Shown one piece after another: positions 59,616 to 64,000 of a stretch of 64,000 bases of DNA. Numbering within the stretch: position 1 is the stretch's first letter; the number at the start of each line of letters is the position of its first letter. Origin of the DNA: Burkholderiales bacterium (GTDB lineage: Bacteria; Pseudomonadota; Gammaproteobacteria; Burkholderiales; SHXO01); contig DAIQQA010000005.1 in assembly GCA_036787045.1 (NCBI GenBank), positions 14,772-78,771 on the forward strand, written 5' to 3'. A program made the translations under genes and the position numbers. The notes below the pieces were generated by a model. It was not told the origin of the DNA. It worked only from the letters and a program-made list of their open reading frames with translations, and made no database searches.

Positions 59616-60369
59616 CGAATCCCTTGTAGAGATGGTTCTGGCCAATATAATCGAGAACAGAGTCCGGAAGCAAATAGCGGGCGCTGCGGCCCTCGCGCAG
59701 TGCAGCACGGATGGCCGTCCCGGAGATATCCAGCGGTGGGATGTCCACTGCCAGCACGCCGCCGGCCGGGCGAGCCTGCAGCAGCGGCGGCTCGCGCAGC
59801 AGGCGCGCCGAGGTCTGCTCAGCCAGGGCCGCCGGCAGGTCCCCGGTGTCCAGCTCGAATCCGGGTCGGTGCGCGATCACCAGATGGGCGAGCTCGAACA
59901 GCCGCTCCCAGCGGGACCAGGTGGTCAGCGCCAGGTAAGCATCCACGCCCATCAGCAGGCAGAGCGGGATCTCGTTTCCCAATTCCCCGCGCAGCTCGAG
60001 AAGGCTGTCCACCGTATAGCTGGCGCCCTCCCTGCGGCATTCCCGGTCGTCCACCCGGAAGCGCGGATTCCCGGCGCAGGCGAGGCGCGCCATCTCCAGC
60101 CGGTGTGCGCTGGTAACCCGGGGTGTGCCCCGATGCGGCGGGACCCGTGCCGGAACGATACGGACTTCCCGGAGCGCCAGGCGGTCGGCTAGCTCCTCGG
60201 CCAGCCGCAGATGGCCGTAGTGGATCGGATCGAAGGTACCGCCGAAGACACCTACGGGGTGAGGCGTGAGGCGTGAGCTGTGAGGCGAGTGGGGTGAAGC
60301 GTGAGGCGTTAGGCGTGAGGCGTGGGGCGAGCCGTCGGTGCTCGGTCCCGGTTGAGTGCGTTTTGCCAC
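59605..60369 (-). CDS. nadD: nicotinate-nucleotide adenylyltransferase, with repeat-encoded N-terminal extension
   Basis: Core FGGTFDPIHYGH (HxGH) begins at codon 42. The only in-frame ATG/GTG/TTG upstream of it is GTG 60369. The intervening codons are the GTGAGGC heptamer array read on the other strand. No SD before GTG 60369, so the start is uncertain. Confidence 0.75.
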   Translation of the reverse strand: MAKRTQPGPSTDGSPHASRLTPHASPHSPHSSRLTPHPVGVFGGTFDPIHYGHLRLAEELADRLALREVRIVPARVPPHRGTPRVTSAHRLEMARLACAGNPRFRVDDRECRREGASYTVDSLLELRGELGNEIPLCLLMGVDAYLALTTWSRWERLFELAHLVIAHRPGFELDTGDLPAALAEQTSARLLREPPLLQARPAGGVLAVDIPPLDISGTAIRAALREGRSARYLLPDSVLDYIGQNHLYKGFDAG

Positions 60370-60510
60370 GTAGTTCTAGCGCGCGTGATAGCGCGCCGTC
60401 CCTCGTTCCTGCATCGGAGCCGGCGCAGGTGGAGCAGCATGGCGTGTCGCACCGTCCGTCCGCCTCACGCCTCTCGCCTCACGCCTCACCCGCCCGGCCT
60501 CACGCCTCAC
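60259..60510. repeat. inverted tandem-heptamer element, GTGAGGC type
   Basis: Ten in-phase heptads at 60259-60328 (GTGAGGC x5 plus GTGAGCT, GAGTGGG, GTGAAGC, GTTAGGC, GTGGGGC). Seven complementary heptads at 60462-60510 (GCCTCAC x5, GCCTCTC, CCGCCCG). 133-nt core between them. Confidence 0.9.
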
Positions 60511-61829
60511 AAGATCAGCCGACGTATGTCGGCGAGGACGCTGTTGAGATAGGTGATGAAACGGGCGCCCTCCGCTCCGTCGATCACACGGTGATCGTAC
60601 GACAGGGAAATCGGGAGCATCAGCCGCGGGACGAACTGGCCGTCCTTCCACACCGGCTTCATGCTCGAGCGCGACACGCCCAGGATCGCCACTTCCGGCG
60701 CGTTGATGATCGGGGTGAAGTGGGTGCCGCCGATGCCGCCGAGGCTGGAGATGGAGAAGGTCCCTCCCTGCATATCGGCGGGCGAGATCTTGCCATCGCG
60801 CATGCGCGCGCTCACCTCGCCCAACTCCTTGGCCAGAGCCAGCACGCCCTTCTTGTCGGCATCGCGGATCACTGGCACCACCAGCCCGTTCGGCGTATCC
60901 ACGGCGACGCCGATGTGATAGTAGCGCTTCAGGATCAGGCTCTCGCCGTCGGAAGCCAGGGACGCATTAAAGGTGGGGAATCGCTGCAGTGCCGCCACGC
61001 AGGCCTTGATCATGAACGCGAGCGGTGTGAGCCGCACCCCTTGCTTCTGCGCCTCCTCGGAGAGCTGCTTGCGAAACGCCTCCATTTCGGTGATGTCGGC
61101 CTCGTCCTGCTGCGTGACGTGCGGAATGCCGACCCAGTTGCGGTGGAGATTGGCGCCGGAGATCTTCTGGATGCGCGACAGCGGCTTGGCCTCGATGGGC
61201 CCGAACTTCGCGAAATCCACGCTAGGCATGGCCGGCAGTGCCAGCCCCAGGCCAGGCCCCGCAGCGGCCGCCGGCCTGGATAGCGCCTGCTTGACGAACG
61301 ACTGGAGATCCTCCTTGAGGATGCGCTCCTTCGGGCCCGTGCCCCTCACGCGTCCGAGATCTACCCCCAGCTCTCGAGCGAAGCGTCGCACTGCTGGACT
61401 GGCGTGTGCCCGCGCAAAGCCCGCTTCGTCGACCGGCACGGGGGCGGCTGCCGAGGCGGGCGATGCAGGGACTGGCGCGGGCGCAGGTGCCGGGGCAGCT
61501 GCAGGCGCTGGTGCGGTCTGCGGTTGCGCGGGCGGGGCCGGTGGCGGGGCAGTCTCGGTCCTGGCTGCGGGTGCCGCGGCGACTTCTCCCGCAGCCTCCA
61601 GAGTCAGAATAAGCGAACCCTGGGAGACCTTGTCGCCGAGCTTGACCTTGATCTCCTTGACCACACCACCGAACGGCGCCGGCACCTCCATGGTGGCCTT
61701 GTCGCTCTCCAGCGTGATCAGGGAGTCCTCCGGCTTGACCGCATCGCCCGGCTTGACCATGACCTCGATGATCGGCACATCGTTGAAGTCGCCGATGTCG
61801 GGTACCACCACCTCCTTGATCGCTCCCAA
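60507..61829 (-). CDS. aceF: pyruvate dehydrogenase complex E2 dihydrolipoyllysine acetyltransferase
   Basis: 440 aa, TTG start with GGAGAG upstream. One lipoyl domain ([10 protein letters not shown]), Ala/Pro linkers, E3-binding region, catalytic DHRVIDG. Confidence 0.92.
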   Translation of the reverse strand: MGAIKEVVVPDIGDFNDVPIIEVMVKPGDAVKPEDSLITLESDKATMEVPAPFGGVVKEIKVKLGDKVSQGSLILTLEAAGEVAAAPAARTETAPPPAPPAQPQTAPAPAAAPAPAPAPVPASPASAAAPVPVDEAGFARAHASPAVRRFARELGVDLGRVRGTGPKERILKEDLQSFVKQALSRPAAAAGPGLGLALPAMPSVDFAKFGPIEAKPLSRIQKISGANLHRNWVGIPHVTQQDEADITEMEAFRKQLSEEAQKQGVRLTPLAFMIKACVAALQRFPTFNASLASDGESLILKRYYHIGVAVDTPNGLVVPVIRDADKKGVLALAKELGEVSARMRDGKISPADMQGGTFSISSLGGIGGTHFTPIINAPEVAILGVSRSSMKPVWKDGQFVPRLMLPISLSYDHRVIDGAEGARFITYLNSVLADIRRLIL

Positions 61830-61859
61830 GGTTCTCTCCGCGTCGTTATCGCTGCCGTG

Positions 61860-64000
61860 CTAGACGAGCCACGGGCAAGGCTTGTTGGTATCGATGCCGT
61901 ACTTGCGGATCGCGTCCGTCACTTTCGAGGCGGGCACGCGGCCGTCCTCGGCGAGTGCCTTCAGCGCGGCGACGGCGACGTAGTGCCGGTCTACCTCGAA
62001 GAACTTGCGCAGCTGCTTGCGGAAGTCGGATCGCCCGAAACCGTCGGTCCCGAGCACCTTGAAGGTGCGCTTCACGAAGGGCCGGATCTGATCCGCAAAA
62101 GTGCGCATGTAATCGGTCGCTGCCACCGCCGGGCCGGCGCGCCCCTCCAGGCATTGCTCGACGTAAGGCTTGCGCTGCGGCTCCTCCGGATGCAGCAGGT
62201 TCCAGCGTTCCGTCTCCATGCCTTCCCGGCGCAGCTCGGTGAAGCTCGGGCAGCTCCACACGTTGGCGACCACACCCCAGTCCTGCTCGAGCAGGTCTGC
62301 AGCAGCGATGACTTCGCGCAGAATCGTCCCGCTCCCGAGCAGTTGCACGGTCGCCCCGCGGCTGTCGCCGGTCCCTTCCCGCAACAGGTACATCCCCTTC
62401 AGAATCCCTTCGCGAACACCCTCCGGCATGGCCGGGTGCGTGTAGTTCTCGTTCATTACGGTGATGTAGTAGAACACGTCCTCCTGGTCCTTCACCATCC
62501 GGCGCAGACCGTCCTGGATGATCACCGCCAGCTCATAGGCGAAGGTCGGGTCGTAGGACACGCAGTTGGGAATGGTGGAGGACAGCAGATGGCTGTGCCC
62601 ATCCTCATGCTGCAGGCCCTCGCCGTTCAACGTTGTGCGGCCCGCCGTGCCGCCCAGCAGGAAGCCGCGGGCGCGGCTGTCGCCCGCGGCCCAGGCCAGA
62701 TCGCCCACCCGCTGGAAGCCGAACATGGAGTAGAAGCTGTAGAAGGGGATCATGGAGATCCCGTGCGTGCTATATGAGGTGGCCGCCGCGATCCACGACG
62801 ACATCGCGCCGGCTTCGTTGATCCCCTCCTGCAGGATCTGCCCGCTCTTGTCCTCCTTGTAATACATGAGCTGGTCGGCGTCCTCCGGCCGATACAGCTG
62901 CCCCACGGAGGAGTAGATGCCGAGCTGTCTGAACATGCCCTCCATGCCGAACGTGCGTGACTCGTCGGGCACGATCGGCACCACGAGCTTGCCGAGAGTC
63001 TTGTCCCGCACCAGGATGTTCAGGATCCGCACGAAGGCCATGGTGGTGGACAGCTCGCGCTCACCGCTCGCCTCGAGCAGGGCCTGGAAGGCGGACAGGT
63101 CGGGAACTTCCAGCGGTGCAGCCTTCTGCCGCCGCTGCGGGATGGAGCCGCCCATCGCTGCGATGCGCTCGCGGAAATACTTCATCTCCGCGCTGTCGTC
63201 CGCCGGCTTATAGAACGGCACCTCCTCGAGCTTGTCGTCCGGGATGGGAATGTTGAAGCGGTCGCGGAAGGCCTTGATGGACGTGGTGCCCATCTTCTTC
63301 TGCTGATGGGTGATCATTTGTCCTTCACCAGCCTCGCCCATTCCATAGCCCTTGATGGTCTTGGCCAGGATCACGGTGGGCTGGCCTTTGTGCTTCACGG
63401 CGGCCGCGTAGGCGGCGTAGATCTTGTGCGGATCGTGGCCGCCGCGATTGAGTCGCCAGATGTCGTCGTCGGACATGTTCGCGACCATGGCCAGCAGCTC
63501 CTTGTACTTGCCGAAGAAGTGCTTGCGGACGTATGCGCCGTCCTTGGACTTGAACACTTGATACTCGCCGTCGACCGCCTCCTCCATGCGCTTGAGCAGC
63601 AGCCCGGCCGTGTCGCGCGCGATCAGGGAGTCCCAGTAGGACCCCCAGATCACCTTGAGGACGTTCCATCCTGCGCCGCGGAAGTCCGCCTCCAGCTCCT
63701 GGATGATCTTGCCGTTGCCACGCACCGGGCCGTCGAGCCGCTGCAGGTTGCAGTTGACCACGAAGACCAGGTTGTCGAGCTTCTCGCGCGAGGCCAGTGA
63801 GATGGCGCCGAGCGACTCCGGCTCGTCCATCTCTCCGTCGCCCATGAAGGCCCATACCTTGCGGTCGTCGGTGTCCAGCAGGCCGCGGTCCTTCAGGTAC
63901 TTCATGAAGCGCGCCTGGTAGATGGCCATGATCGGCCCCAGCCCCATGGACACCGTCGGGAACTGCCAGAAGTTCGGCATCAACCAGGGATGCGGGTACG
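61860..64000 (-). CDS. aceE: pyruvate dehydrogenase E1 component, homodimeric type (5' end beyond window)
   Basis: Open frame from the window edge to TAG at 61860-61862. About 713 codons visible, with the AceE-type transketolase-like sequence (...MGDGEMDEPES...). Directly upstream of aceF. Confidence 0.92.
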   Translation of the reverse strand, partial: YPHPWLMPNFWQFPTVSMGLGPIMAIYQARFMKYLKDRGLLDTDDRKVWAFMGDGEMDEPESLGAISLASREKLDNLVFVVNCNLQRLDGPVRGNGKIIQELEADFRGAGWNVLKVIWGSYWDSLIARDTAGLLLKRMEEAVDGEYQVFKSKDGAYVRKHFFGKYKELLAMVANMSDDDIWRLNRGGHDPHKIYAAYAAAVKHKGQPTVILAKTIKGYGMGEAGEGQMITHQQKKMGTTSIKAFRDRFNIPIPDDKLEEVPFYKPADDSAEMKYFRERIAAMGGSIPQRRQKAAPLEVPDLSAFQALLEASGERELSTTMAFVRILNILVRDKTLGKLVVPIVPDESRTFGMEGMFRQLGIYSSVGQLYRPEDADQLMYYKEDKSGQILQEGINEAGAMSSWIAAATSYSTHGISMIPFYSFYSMFGFQRVGDLAWAAGDSRARGFLLGGTAGRTTLNGEGLQHEDGHSHLLSSTIPNCVSYDPTFAYELAVIIQDGLRRMVKDQEDVFYYITVMNENYTHPAMPEGVREGILKGMYLLREGTGDSRGATVQLLGSGTILREVIAAADLLEQDWGVVANVWSCPSFTELRREGMETERWNLLHPEEPQRKPYVEQCLEGRAGPAVAATDYMRTFADQIRPFVKRTFKVLGTDGFGRSDFRKQLRKFFEVDRHYVAVAALKALAEDGRVPASKVTDAIRKYGIDTNKPCPWLV

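Noticed and set aside
60259-60510. Could the heptamer arrays be a CRISPR array?
   Set aside because: Units are 7 nt and directly abutting, with no unique spacers. The two arrays are reverse complements of each other, and no cas genes are present.

Overview
High-GC (about 65%) chromosomal window, almost wall-to-wall housekeeping genes. The synteny looks betaproteobacterial, possibly Thiobacillus/Nitrosomonadales- or Rhodocyclales-like; this rests on gene order only, with no search run. Gene content in order: metXW, ampG, xthA, pyrE, gatCAB, mreBCD-mrdA-rodA-rlpA, an olsBA-like ornithine-lipid pair, apaH, cytochrome c5, tRNA-Arg(CCG), a 1271-aa DUF3683/FAD/Fe-S fusion oxidoreductase, phoBR, ubiE-ubiJ-ubiB, an OprO/P-type phosphate porin, a potABCD-like polyamine ABC importer, a receiver-Hpt-OmpR phosphorelay module, a NodIJ-like ABC-2 exporter, hemJ, pilTU, yggS-proC-yggT-yggU plus a dynamin-like GTPase, glpD, rng-maf-rlmH-rsfS-nadD, and aceEF (aceE runs off the 3' edge). 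I saw no mobile elements, CRISPR arrays, prophage or recognisable defence islands. The most unusual signal is non-coding. Five intergenic loci share one architecture that I cannot assign to a named repeat family. Each has a run of short tandem units (7-9 nt; GTGAGGC, CGCAAAGG or GCRGAGGAC), the reverse-complement run, and a 20-135 nt core between them. One copy abuts the stop codons of aceF and pilU, and another arm appears to be translated as a 38-codon N-terminal extension of nadD. Other points: two exact TGGCAC-N5-TTGCA sigma54-type promoters. One precedes a kinase-less receiver-Hpt-OmpR operon; the other lies inside the 3' end of pyrE. A strong Pho box sits in front of the phosphate porin, with a 15/18-identical copy in front of olsBA. 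A bacterial dynamin-like gene is start/stop-coupled (ATGA) to yggU. All family assignments come from motifs read in the supplied translations; no database search was possible.
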